Origin: an uncultured Desulfobacterium sp.
GTDB taxonomy: Bacteria > Desulfobacterota > Desulfobacteria > Desulfobacterales > Desulfobacteraceae
Assembly: GCA_963675955.2 (NCBI GenBank)
Contig: CAXXVR010000009.1
Location: forward strand, 930,441 to 994,440
DNA length: 64,000 bases
Reading direction: 5' to 3'
The notes under the pieces were generated by a model. It was not told the DNA's origin. It searched no databases and was given only the letters and a program-made list of their open reading frames with translations. The translations under genes were made by a program, and so were the position numbers. How positions within the stretch are numbered: position 1 is the stretch's first letter; each line of letters begins with the position of its first letter. Shown one piece after another: positions 10,628 through 23,187 of this stretch.

Positions 10628-13600
10628 TCAATTTTATTTATTGGAAGTTAAATAGGTTTTAGAAATTCTCAAAAGATCAGCTTCCTTTCTAGTGGTCTCT
10701 TAAATAATATTATAAAAAGTATTTTCAAGCATTGAATCCATCAATTCCACAAATTCATCTTACAAAAACAAATACTTTGTATCTTTAAGCATTCCAAGTT
10801 ATTGAGCTTAAAGTGCAGCTTATTGCTAATTAAGTACTCCACCTTATAAAATCTTATCAATACAAACAGGTTATTCGGGATCAAAACAGTTGTAAAGTTA
10901 AACTGGCTGGGAGTCTACTCTAGTGAGGAGGTTCTGGAGATCTGGTTCATTGAGTAAATCAGTTATTGATTTTGAGATTAATTGTTCAAATAGGTGATTG
11001 GAACTTTGAAGAAAGGTGTCTGTTAGATCAATGTCGTTGGCCATTATTGAGGAGGAGGATTTAATTAACTATTAATTATATATAAAAAAGTGATAAAACT
11101 AAGTTTTTTGAGCGTTTTTTAATCCTTAAGAACAAAGTTTCTTTTTCAATATTAGTACCAACCCCAACTGGTAAATCTGAATGACTTGTTTATCCTTAAT
11201 TTGTTTACTTTGCAGTTGTTTCTTAAGAATTATAGTTGAATAAAAAGGAAACTTGATTTTTATTTGTCTTAATCCCAAAGAATAGTGCACTCAATTTCTC
11301 CTTCATAAATTGATGGAACTGGATGAGAAATTAATGAAAGCTTAATTTCTGTAAATTAGGTCGGATCTAAATCTCCTTATTAGGGCTCAATTGTTAGCAC
11401 ATCTTAACTAAAGAAATAAAATGATAATTTGAAACCATTTTAATCCTGTGCTTTAGAAAGCAAAATGCAATTTTGTTGTCTTACTAAGATTGTAAAGAAT
11501 TATCATCCGATATTCAATTTTCCCAGGGTCAAGTTCACCAAAATCAATTTCTTCAATTGAAAAAAACACTTTCGATCCGAGTGGAGAGACAAGAGAACGC
11601 TAAGAAGGAATTTCTACATGCTATTCAGCAATCTTTTTTTAAGGATGCTCTTTATAGTATCCTGCTCCTTCAATCTATCAACAAATTTATTATTTAACAA
11701 AATAACCTTAAAAGTCACTTCATCAATTTGCTTGAACATATCATAAACAAGTATCTTTTGTTCAAAAATGTAAGTTTTGGCTTCCAATGGAGCGAATTTG
11801 CAAATCAAATAATTTGTTTCATTTGGAGGTAGTACTGTATTAGGACACTTTATGTCAAATACTTTAAATTTTGATGTAGCGATTTGGTTTTGTTCCTCAG
11901 CTCTAGAAAAAATAATTCATTAACTAAAATGTCTTTACGCATTTGCGATCTTATACTGCACCTTTGCAGACCCAACATTTCTAATTTCAATAGGAAATGA
12001 AACTGGCAGCAATGATCCAATTGGTACATCTGGAATCCTGAAATGGCCTTTTCTTAATACCAGCATTCTATTTTGAATTGATTATTATTTAATTTAATTA
12101 CCCTTCATTTGGATTCAGTTGAGTTCCTTAAAAATGTAATAACAAAGGTTTTCCATTTTGAATTTGTAAAACTACTTGCAAGAAATGCTTTTCATTTTTT
12201 TATTAAAGTTCTAAACGTTTATCATTAGCCATTAACAAATCATCTTCATTTCCTGGGCTATAAATTAATTCGACATCTACAAGTTCTTAAGGGTTTAATT
12301 TTCCATTCCTTTAAAAACTAATGAAAATAAAATGAACTTTGGTTGTATTTCAAAAATCTTTCTTTCAAGAATAGCTTTTTCAAAAGCTTCATCTTCTGTT
12401 GGTTCGCCAGGATCGGCCCAAGCTTCAACTTCAATCTGGGAATCAGAAGGTAATTTAAAGTTCCAATTAAGATCGGTTCCGCCAACATTTTACATTGTTA
12501 TCACAATTTTTCTTGGCTTAACATTAGCTCGGTTGGGAAGATAGCCAAAATTCCAAGTATATGCTTTTAGTCGTTTCATTAGTTCACTAGCTTCAAAATA
12601 ATTCAATTTTTCGATATTAAGAAATTTTTTTTCATCTTCGTTAAGATCATTGGATAACTGTTGGTTGATGTGAGCAATGGAAAATGATTCAAATAAAGTG
12701 GCCACACTCATGCTGTCATTTCTAACATCTACAATTTTGAGTTAAGGGTATTTGCCTTTCCCCTTTATCCGAATTGCACATTTTTACTATGTTAAATTTT
12801 TACTTGTTGTGGTAAATACTCCTTTGATGTTACGTTCTTTGGCAATGCATTCAAGATAAAGATTCAAAGAACAGACTTAATTAGGATTAAATGTGATTCC
12901 AACATCAACTTTTGAGTGTGCTGCAATTATTCCTTCCTCGAAATCTAAAGTAAAGGCCTACTGTAATAACTAAAGCATTTTTTAATCAAATCTTTTTTCT
13001 TTATCCTTTTTATCACTAGCTTATCTGAGACTCAATTGAACAAAAAATGTGCAATCAGATATATTTTCTAATGTTGCATAAACTTTTTTATTAAAATTCA
13101 CTTTCACTATACCAAAATTAATCATATCAGGTGATAATTTCAGGCACCCATCACCTCCAGAACCAAATATTGTAAAATTATATTAAATTTATCTTAATTC
13201 GTGATCATTTTCAGTCATCTATCTCCCACCTGATCCAGGCTAGAAATACCCAATAAGTTCTTAAGACTAATCATGTATTTCCTACGTGACACAAGGAACA
13301 ATCATTTTGTATTTTTTCTTCTTATAAGGGATAAATTTGCAGTCAACTTATTTGATTTCATTCGGTAGTAAAGTCATTTATCTTGGTTCCATAAATAATT
13401 CACTAACATATTTTTCTGGTACTTAAATTGAAAATTAAACAGGAATTCTTGAAGTGTTATGCACTTTGAGTTTGCGTTATGAATAAACGCCAAGATAGCT
13501 TGGTGGAAAATAAATTTCTCCATTATTTTCTAATGCAAGTTCAGGAGTTGAACAGAATGCTATCAATTGCAAATGGATTTGCGAACTAGAGCTGTGATTA

Positions 13601-15864
13601 AGTGAACATGGAAGGTGTATATTATAAGAACCAGACGTTTTTGGACTGAATTCTATGATTATCACGCAAAATTATTTAGATTCAACTAGTCCGCTCATTG
13701 GGAAAACATGAAATCTATTTATATTTATTTATTTTAATGTTTTACATTTTCGAAGAATCTTAATGAAAACGGAAATATGTTGGAGTATCAGTTTTATTCA
13801 TTAATTGTACTGTCTAGTAAACGCTTTATCCAATTCCACAAGGGCCAAAATATATCTTCAATTATTGAAATCATTGAAATCATTTAAATTTAAACCTTAT
13901 TGCTAGGCAACAACTCCACGATAGGAATAAATACTTACGACATCGGTGGGAAAGAATGTCCAACACAACGAATATAACATTAAATTGATGGAATCAGTTC
14001 TTCTATTTATTTTCCTAAATAATTATAAAAGTTAATTGAAATAAGACCATCAATGTAGTCATTATCCTACGGGGCTTTTTTATACTTTTCAGTAATCTCA
14101 AACTGCCGAGATTTGTCTAAAGTTTTAGTTTTTCCTTAAACAGTTTATTAATATGATGCATTATTAAAAATGTTATCTGACATAGTGCCAGGGAAATTCG
14201 CAGCTGCATTGTTACTCGCAACACCCTTCATTTTTTTTATTATTTAATCCTATGTTTTAGAATTATATTTCACTGCAAAAAATTGCACAAGCTAATAAAA
14301 ATATGCAGCTGCTCGATTCGGTCTAAATCCAATTGAAAATTTGGCCTGACCCTATGGTTTTAGCCTAGCTGCCTATGGCCAGATATTGAAAACGGGTTAT
14401 CCATCAAATTCATCTGACTTTTAAATAGTCCAGATCACAGTAATTTTGCAAGGTAATTTATTATATATTATTAGGTCTCTTACCGGGGATGTTTCGTTAA
14501 ATTAAGTAAAATTAAAATCAAAAAATGTTTCAGATATTTATATCAATTATGAACTACTGCTAAATGAATTAAAAAGTTCTTTATGCAATGAAAGTTGCGA
14601 GGGAACAGTGATTGGGTCATAAGTATCCACACCTAAAGACCCCTACCCTTATGGATTATCCTTTAAGCCCATTTAGGTTTATGAAGATCCAAGATTGTCT
14701 GGCAATTATCCACCTGACTTTTAGAAATAAATATTCGAAAGCATTGAGTTTTCAAGATATTTAATATCTAATTTGGTCAGCCGATTTTAGATTACTCTTT
14801 AACGGAATAAATCTATATGTTTTTATTGTAATGATATAGGCTTCACAAGGAGATCATAGCATGTACCAATAAGGTCAACATATTAAAGACTATGGTTGCG
14901 AATAATGCACCATGCACGCTCATAATAACTAATGGTTGTTTTTGGAAGAAAGTAGACAATAATCCTAGCATTTTAATGTGCAGGTATCTATAAAAAGTAT
15001 GAATAAAAATATAACAAATTGATTAACTTCTCCTTTGCTTCTTGAAAATGAAAACACATTATTTTCTTAATTAAAGAACTCGAAGGAGGTTGACAGATCA
15101 CTATCATTGTTAATAGTTAACAAACGACTTGTAGTTTTTCCTAAATGAATCTCCCCAAAATTAATGCTCATAGCATTTAAAAATACATTAAATGTCATTC
15201 CTGTTCCGAGACACTCTAATGTCATAACATTTCCTCCGGCACATGCTATCTAAAAATGAGTTACAGAAACCATTTCGGGAATTCCAGGTGTAAATCAAAC
15301 TTTAATTAAAAATGTGCTTTTTGGTGGTATTTCCCCTTAATAGTTATCAATTGAAAAGGAATGGTCATTAAATTCATCATCTTAAACTTTTATTATAGAG
15401 AATTTGGCTACTACATCTGAATTATTTTTTATAAGGACTTCTTTCATCTTTCTGCATCCAACAAGAAGCTATTCAAAGTCAAGTTTATATTAATTCATTG
15501 TTAGATGTGGGATCTTCCCTATTGCTGATAATTTTATTACTTTTGGTTCTTCGTTTTCCACTTTTAGAACTGCAGTGCTTACTACAACATCTGCTTTATT
15601 AGTGACATATTTGATTTGGATTAGTTATTTTGATTTAGCTGAAATAACTCCGTAATTTGGATAAAAATTAAATGCTGCTTCTTCAATAGTGAATTTAACT
15701 GGATATGTATTTCTGTTTTCAAGCAATAATTCTCGGGTTGAAGTCTGGCCGACTGCACAGAATCCAAAGTCTATGGCATTCACTATACTGGCTGCTACTG
15801 GATAAGTATTACTTGGTTCTTCTTTGGTTGAGAAAAATTGATGAGAGTATTGATTTTCAAGCAT
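10628..15864 (-). CDS. CFAP65: Cilia- and flagella-associated protein 65-like (ASH/PapD-like repeats)
   Basis: Repeated IDFG/INFG Ig-like modules, plus YYERAWCIIRNHSLQYVDLIGTCY and FPSDSQIEVEAWADPGEP. Ends EADLLRISKTYLTSNKQN-TGA. Internal in-frame TGA at 15295-15297. Confidence 0.75.
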
Positions 15865-16074
15865 TTGGTTTTTCAAATTTATTTATTTATTAATTGATTT
15901 TTTCAGAATAAGCAGTTATATTTTTTTAAAAGAAAAAGCAAAAATAGGAATTTTTTATTTTTTTTTTAATTTTTAAAGAATTGTTATATAAATAAGTACG
16001 GAAGCAATTAAAATTATTCAATATTAATTAAACAAAAGCATTTCATTTTTATTTTTTAAATAAATATTTTTATA

Positions 16075-16713
16075 ATGAAATAAAATCCTAAAGTTTTAAA
16101 ACTAATAATATAGATAAAACAAAATTAAGAATTAAATCTTAAATCATTCCTTTTTTAAAACAATATTTTGACTAATTTTTCAAGGAAATTAAATAATAAT
16201 TTTGTAAAAAGTAAGTATAATTGTTAATAGTTTCATTTAGAAACAATGATGAAACCTATTTGCTCTAATAATTCTTCGCCTACTCTGATCAGCAGTACCA
16301 GTGACTTTAGTTAAACTTCAGTTAACCTACCACCTAAGTTTAGGTTTTTTTTATAAATTTCAAACTATTATAAAAGTTTGAATCAAAATTGTAATTCATT
16401 AAGCCAATTTACATAAGATATTGATCAACAAGGTACTTAAAAATTATGCTATGAATGGGAAAAAAGCATGGAAAAAAGAATTATTAATTATCTCAATTAA
16501 GAAGAAATAGATCAAATTTCTCCAACTCGAAAAAAAACTAATTACTTCACTTTCCAAAAAGGAAATGCTTTTCAAATTGGAAGGAAGACTGCTTTGAGTT
16601 CAACCTAATAATCTTCAAGCAATTAAATCAAATTAATTAAATTGAATTAATTTGGGGTTGGTGAATCAAAGATTTTGAAAAAGCGGTAACAAGAAGGTAA
16701 AGAGCTTAAATGA
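16075..16713 (+). CDS. Small hypothetical protein
   Basis: Plausible frame (...LCYEWEKSMEKRIINYLN...) ending at TGA 16711-16713, with one probable intron. No family recognised. Confidence 0.4.
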
Positions 16714-16837
16714 TAATTTTAATAGTAGTTTATTTATTTATCACTTTTTAAGTATTCAACTTTTAAGCTTTAAAAAATTTATTTATTTTTAATCTAACCC
16801 ATTTCAAAGTTATATATAATAATAGTAAATAAATTTA

Positions 16838-19056
16838 TCATTCGGAAAAAGCAAAATTGTCTTCAAATTATATTGATTCCAAAGGCAAACGAACTTTTTC
16901 TTTATTGTTGTTTGCTATCTTAACCGATAAGGATTTCTGCATTCTAAATAACTCCAGTTTTGTTAATGAATCGTCTGGCTAAATTTCTTCATTATCCCCT
17001 TTCAATTTGCCAACATAGTTCAATTCAATTGATTTGACCAGATCTTCTGCACTTGCGAATTATAAATTTTACTGCATTTAATTTATTGATTAATGGTCAG
17101 TAAGTGAATTGGTAGAATCAGCATTAGAATTGATTGACATTTAAATAGGAATATGTTGGCGTTGTATTTGTTAATTTTTGAAATTTAATGGTAAAGGATA
17201 TTTGGGTTCAGATTGTATTGAATAGCAACTTCCCATTGTATTTACTAAGGATTTTTAGAAAATGCTTTAATATAAATTCTTTTAATAATAGGTTTAAATT
17301 TTATATGAATTAAATATAGGTAATTAAAATTTTCAGTTATTTTCATTTTCTAATTATATTAAATAATCATCCACGTCTTCTACACTTAATTTATCTTCAT
17401 TTTACCATTCTTATGCCAGTTTTTCCATTATCTCTTCGTTTTCTATTTTTTTCTCTGGATTTCCATTCTTTTCCCCATCTAATTCCAATTCTACAAGAAG
17501 AATTTCTTATTCGGATTCCTTTGGTTTCTCATTTTAATCTTCTTCTAAATCTTTTTCTTCTTCAATAAATAATTATTCTTAGGGATTTTCTTTGACATTA
17601 CTATCAAAGTTTGTTTATTCAATTTATTAATTATTTAAATTATCTTCTGATTTTGCTTTATTATCCTCTAAAACTAACAAATCTGCTTTAAAATCTGATT
17701 CTTTATAATCTTCAAATTCTTTCTTCTTCATCCTTTTTTCTTACGATTACTTCATAAAATTACTACAAAATTGTATCAAATAATCTAGATTTTCTTCGGA
17801 TTTTCTTTATTTCATTTCTTCAAAGGACTCTTCAACTTATTGCAGTATTACATCAATAAAAAAATTATCAGATACTCTTACATATTAAGAAAATTCAATT
17901 TCATTCTAATTGAATAAATATAAATGTTATTATTGACTTACTTTATAAAATCTTAAAACATTTTCATAAACAAATTTTGTATTAAATAAAATTCTAAACA
18001 CAGGATACCTCACCTAAGTTGATTAGAAATGCTTACACTTTATTAAAATATCTTCATGAACCTTTAAAATTGTAACAGAAAAATTAGGAAACAGTATAAT
18101 TAAGATTAATTCAACATGAAATATCAGAGTTTTTATAACTTTCGAGTGAGTTTTCATTGATTCCATTATATAACATTTCTTATTCTTAATAAATTTAAAA
18201 ATACGGCTTAAAGTTTTCTATTTCTTGATTTTTATCATTTATTATTTTTGGAATGTCACTGAACATTATTTTAAGTATTTTTATTGGTTTATAGTTTACC
18301 TAATTTAAATCTACTATTAATTATTAAATAACATCTATTTGATTTAGTGCGTTATGAAAATATCTTAAATATAATTTCTATGCAGGAAATAAAATTATTT
18401 CTTCTTCTTATTTTAATTACTACTTTTAGTTAATTTCTAATAAAAATTGACTTTGCATATAAATGACAATGACTCAATTGGATTAGCATAATATCCTAAT
18501 AGTGTCAAGACACAACTCAATATTAATGCACTTCTTCCCTTAGATGCCTAACAGTGAATAAATGTTTGATGCCTCGAATCACTTGATAGTCAACTAATAA
18601 TATCTTTACAAATAATAAAAATTTAAGAAAGCGGCGGGTTTGGGTATCCCAACCAACAATTTTCAGAAACCTAATTATTTGAAAGTTTAAAATAGAAGAA
18701 ACTTAATTGTTGAACTAAACAGTATCATAATTAAATTCACTCAAATTTCAAATAAAATAAAATCCAGTGAACTTTTCATTTAAATGCTATGCAAGTTAAG
18801 GAATGGATTCTTGTTTAGGAAAATTCATATAATGTAATTAAGGAATTATCTCTATATAACTTTTTTCTAGCTCCTCAACTAACTTTTTAGAAATAAACTG
18901 TTCAATATTGCTTGAGACAACTGCTACTTATTCTTTAGCTTTATGGGTAAGTTCGTCTGCTTTCGTTCCTAAGTCGTTAATCACTTGAGAAATCTTAAGA
19001 AATACATTTAACTGAAATTTAGAAACTGTTTTGTATTTATCCTTAAAAAAATGCAT
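16838..19056 (-). CDS. PTEN/tensin-type phosphatase-C2 domain protein with acidic tail
   Basis: FI(TGA=W)NLSE, WLGYPNPPL, IS(TGA=W)LSSD and the CX5R loop IHCQASKGRS. A C2-like region and a D/E-rich tail follow. Ends DNFAFSE-TGA. Confidence 0.8.
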
Positions 19057-19142
19057 TAATCAATATTTTTGTTTTATTTTTTTTATTATTATTAAATAAA
19101 CATTAATTTATAAAAAGCAATAAAAAATAAAATAATTGCTTT

Positions 19143-20850
19143 TCAAGACATAGTTTTTTAAAAACATTAAGGAATTAGTATTTTTTTAGGGATCCAATTT
19201 TTAGGATAGTTTTAAACTATTATTTCTTCTATTAATAAATTGATGAAAGAGATAGCCTAACCTTTATTAAATTTAGGTGACTCAATAGTGTCAACAAACT
19301 TTCTAAATTCAAGATCTTTTGAAGTTTAAATAAACTGTTTTTCTAATTCGAATGCGTTTTCTCCTTTCACCTAATTAATGGTTCTGAAACAATTCAAAAT
19401 TACAAAAAGATCATCTTTACTAGGCTATTCAAATTGCACCCTTGATATTTTTTCTACTTGTCCTTTCGTCAAACTCAGAGGAGAAGGGAAAACATTACAA
19501 ATTTTTGTAAGACCTTCTGATTTCAACTTATTATAAACTTTTTTATCTCTATTATTCCTTTAACTCTAAGGCATTTTGTATCTTCGTAAGCATTCTTATC
19601 AATAATTTAACTAATGACTACTTTAGTGTTCCTTTAGTTCTGTTAATTGCATTTATTCGGATTTGTACCTGAAATGCTAAATGCATAATAATATTTCAAT
19701 TATAATTAACTTCACTACGTATAATTAGTGAATCTGTTGTTGGTCTCTTGACTTTTTTTGCAAGACTTCCAACAATTTTATTAAAATCTTATGACTTTTC
19801 GTCAAATGAATCCAATATTCTTAAACTATTTAAACATTGATCAAACAACTTTTTTTCATGTAAAATAGATAATTAGCATTAAAAATCTAATTTTTTAAAG
19901 ATTTATTTATCTTTTTCTTTGTTCGCTTCCATTTTTTCTTCAATTGCTTTTATTTCTTTTACAATATTATCTTTTAAAACTAAAGGCATCTAAGATGATT
20001 ATTTTTTTGAGGTTGCCATCTAGAAACGTACATGCATCATAAAATTTTACTTAAAATCTTGATTCAGATACTATTGACATTTAAGTGCTTGGAGCAATTA
20101 AGCCAGACTTTTTTAATTCTTCTGAACTTTAATTATTTTAATCCGCAACCTTTGCAAAATTCAAAATTTAATAAAGTCTGAAACCTCTCCAAATTTGCCT
20201 TTACCTTTAGTCTATAGCCATCGAAACAAAGGCGATTTTGAAGACCTATTTGAACTTGATAAAGTGGCTTATCTTTAATATTTTTCACGCTTTTAACTTT
20301 CCTGTTTATATAAACGACTAAAGTTGTCACTTGATCCAATAATAGAATAATTAACAACTCTCCCGTCGTTTTAAAATTAAGGCCCTTAATTATAATATTT
20401 AAAATTTGGATTTTTTGTTTTTCATTTTTAGTCTTCATTATCTTTAAAAATATTTTTTCTTGAATTCTTTTTAGTCAATTCTTCATTTTCTGGTAGAGTT
20501 GCAAGTTATTTATTTGAAACTATCATTGAGATACGAGACTTTCCAAAAATTAATTTGGTTTTAGAATCTGATGATTCTTCATCAATATTAGATAAACAGT
20601 TTTCTTTGAAAACAATTAATATAATATAAATTTTACCACTAAAAAGAGATTTAAATTAAAATTGATTCGATGGGGATTAAGAGTTGACTTTTTGAATATC
20701 CTTCGATAAAAAATGAGGTTTTCTAAATAATTGATCTTTATGCAGAAGTTAATTTAGTTAGTATGGATGCTAGTGAGGAGAATTAATCTCTGAAAAATCA
20801 GTTTTGCTGTTATTTACTGAGAAAATTGAAATTATTTTATCTGAATTCAT
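19143..20850 (-). CDS. Hypothetical protein
   Basis: MNSDKIISIFS..., includes track ORF 20133-20438 and ends ...KTMS-TGA. No family recognised. Confidence 0.5.
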
Positions 20851-20940
20851 TCAAAATTTTAATCACTTTTTTTTAAATAATAATTATTCAATTTTTTAAT
20901 TAATTTTGTATATTATTTAATAAGTTACAAGAGTATAAAA

Positions 20941-22097
20941 TCAATTAGCCATTACGATAATCTTAATGAAGATCAAAAATTTTGAAAAAATGGATTGAAA
21001 TATTTTTAATGAATAAAAAAAAATTACTATATATAAAATTTGATCTGTTTTTATTAATAATTATCATAATTATTCTTGTAATTTCGATTTTTCTAATAGG
21101 AACTATTGCTAGATAAATTATCTTTCTTTGTCTAATAATTCTTTTTATTTCCTAAAGATTATCAATAAAAATTAGATAATTATAAACTTTAAAAAATTAA
21201 TTTTCTAATTTTTTTTCCCTATTTTTGATTCTTAATCTTATAATATAAGTTAATATTTATCATAAGCTGATTTATAGACTCTTTCTTACTTATAGTCCTG
21301 TTCAAATTTTGATTCCTAAATTTTCTAAGCTTTTTCTTGAATTACTTTTTTTAGTTTTTATTCTATTAATTCTTCTTTTTTCTAAATTTTTAAAAATTTT
21401 TATTAGTGAATTTGTTCTTGTTTCTAAGTAAATTTTTAAATTAAATATTAGTATTCTTCTTCTTTTTAATTTTTTTTTAATTAATTTTCTTACTATCTTT
21501 ACTAAAGTTTCCTTTCCAGTTCAAGATATTATAAAATACTTTTTGCTTTCTTAGATTCCACTAATTCGAGATTTTTAATTTCTTCTTTTTAATATCTTGC
21601 TCTCATCATTTCTTCGTATAAGTGTTTAGATTTGTCATTTAATCTTTTCTAAAAACCATTAATTTTAAAATTAATTTACTTCTTCCATTTTTTATTATTG
21701 TAACAGCTTTATTTTTTCAAATTATGTTTCCCGCTTTTTTGCTGTTTGATATTTTTATTACATTATTTATTCGTCCAGTTTTTTTTTATTTTATATCATA
21801 AATAGTTCTTTTTCCTAAAATCATTTATATAACCAGAATAACCTGCTTTCTCTTCATATTTTCTATTTATTAACTCCATTTATCCAAAATAGGAAGTGGA
21901 AATTCCAAGCTTTTTTAATTTGGTTTCAGGTATTTATTAGCTGTTGTTTGTGAATAACTTCTTCCAGTTTTTTCATCTTAATTTATTAAAAAAAATATTA
22001 AAATACTTTTCATTTATGACTAGGTTATTAAAGTAAGAGCTGATTAGTTTACTGATTCTTTTTATTGGCCAAATTTATGAGAATGAAGCTTTTACAT
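20941..22097 (-). CDS. Hypothetical E/K/Q-rich coiled-coil protein
   Basis: Charged heptad-like frame with several short introns. The end is approximate. Confidence 0.45.
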
Positions 22098-22295
22098 GTT
22101 ATGAAACAGTCTTTAATTTATAAAAGGTAATAAAATAAAGTTATTAATTTCAAATTTAGATTAATTCAATATTTTTACAATAATAAAATTAGTAATTTTA
22201 ACAAATATTAAAATATATAAAATTAAGAAAGCAAACTAAATATTATTTAATTAATTAAAAATCACTAAAACAATCAGAGGAAACCCAAAAACAAA

Positions 22296-22358
22296 TAAGT
22301 TCAGTTTGGCACCTCTGGCATTGATTAATTCATTAGTGTTGTCAATCCTCATAACTCA
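22296..22358 (-). ncRNA. Candidate box C/D snoRNA-like element
   Basis: Intergenic GC-enriched patch. The minus strand reads TGAGT-T-ATGAGGA (box C-like)...ATGA (D'-like)...CTGA (box D)-ACTTA, with a possible 5-bp terminal stem. Box C is imperfect and no target is verified. Confidence 0.25.
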
Positions 22359-22542
22359 ATTCTACTTCCAAATTCAAAAATTCTTAAAATTTTAATCTGT
22401 TTCTTTATTTCATAATATTGAATTTAATATTTTTAATTTATTCCTGAGAAGGGACAAATTCAACTGCTAAAATATTTATATACCTTTAAATTTAATAGAT
22501 AAAAAGCTGAAAATGTTTTATAATTTTGAATTATAGTAAAAA

Positions 22543-23066
22543 TCATTTTGTATTTTTGAATTTTCTAAATGGGTAAATAGAAAATAATACCCTTCCCTTA
22601 ATGAATGATTTTGGAACAGGACCAAACATTCGTGAGTCAAAAGAATTGTCTTAATTATCTCCTTCTATCCAATAATGATTTTCTGGAATTTTTTTAATTC
22701 CAAAATAACTAGTAGCTTCTCCTGCTGCATAAGCAATTCGCTTGCAAATATCATTTTCTGGATCTGATGGACATTTAGAAATTACAATATCTCCTTTTTT
22801 CAATCCCTTTTTTAAAAATTACAAAAAAAATAAGTAGAAACACGCTTTGTTAACTTAAAGAGACTTTTATCCACAAAAATTACTCATGCGTGCCCAATTG
22901 TTGGATGCATTGAAACTCCTTCAGTACGATGTGCTTAGAAAAGTTTATCACTAATTAAAATGCTAAGAGCAAGAGCAGGAACAAAAAATAAAAGCTTGCT
23001 GTTTTTTTGAGTTGGAATGTCCTTGAGTTATTGCGATTTGAATGAACTAAATAATTTACTAAACAT
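22543..23066 (-). CDS. IMP1: Mitochondrial inner membrane protease subunit (S26 peptidase, IMP1-like)
   Basis: EGVSMHPT (catalytic Ser), GDIVI..CKRI (catalytic Lys) and WIEGDNQDNSFDSRMFGPVP. Ends GRVLFSIYPFRKFKNTK-TGA. Confidence 0.85.
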
Positions 23067-23187
23067 CTTTAAATTCAATTATTAATGCTTAAAATAATAT
23101 TATATTTAAACAGAAATAAAGATTTTCAAATAAAATTTGATAATATAATTAAAAATAAAATTTTGATATTTTCTGAGCTTAAACTGC

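Noticed and set aside
22275-22400. Telomerase RNA (AAACCCAAAA template-like tract inside a stem)
   Set aside because: The enclosed region is only about 31 nt, too short for template plus pseudoknot, and the conserved TGTCA boundary motif is absent.
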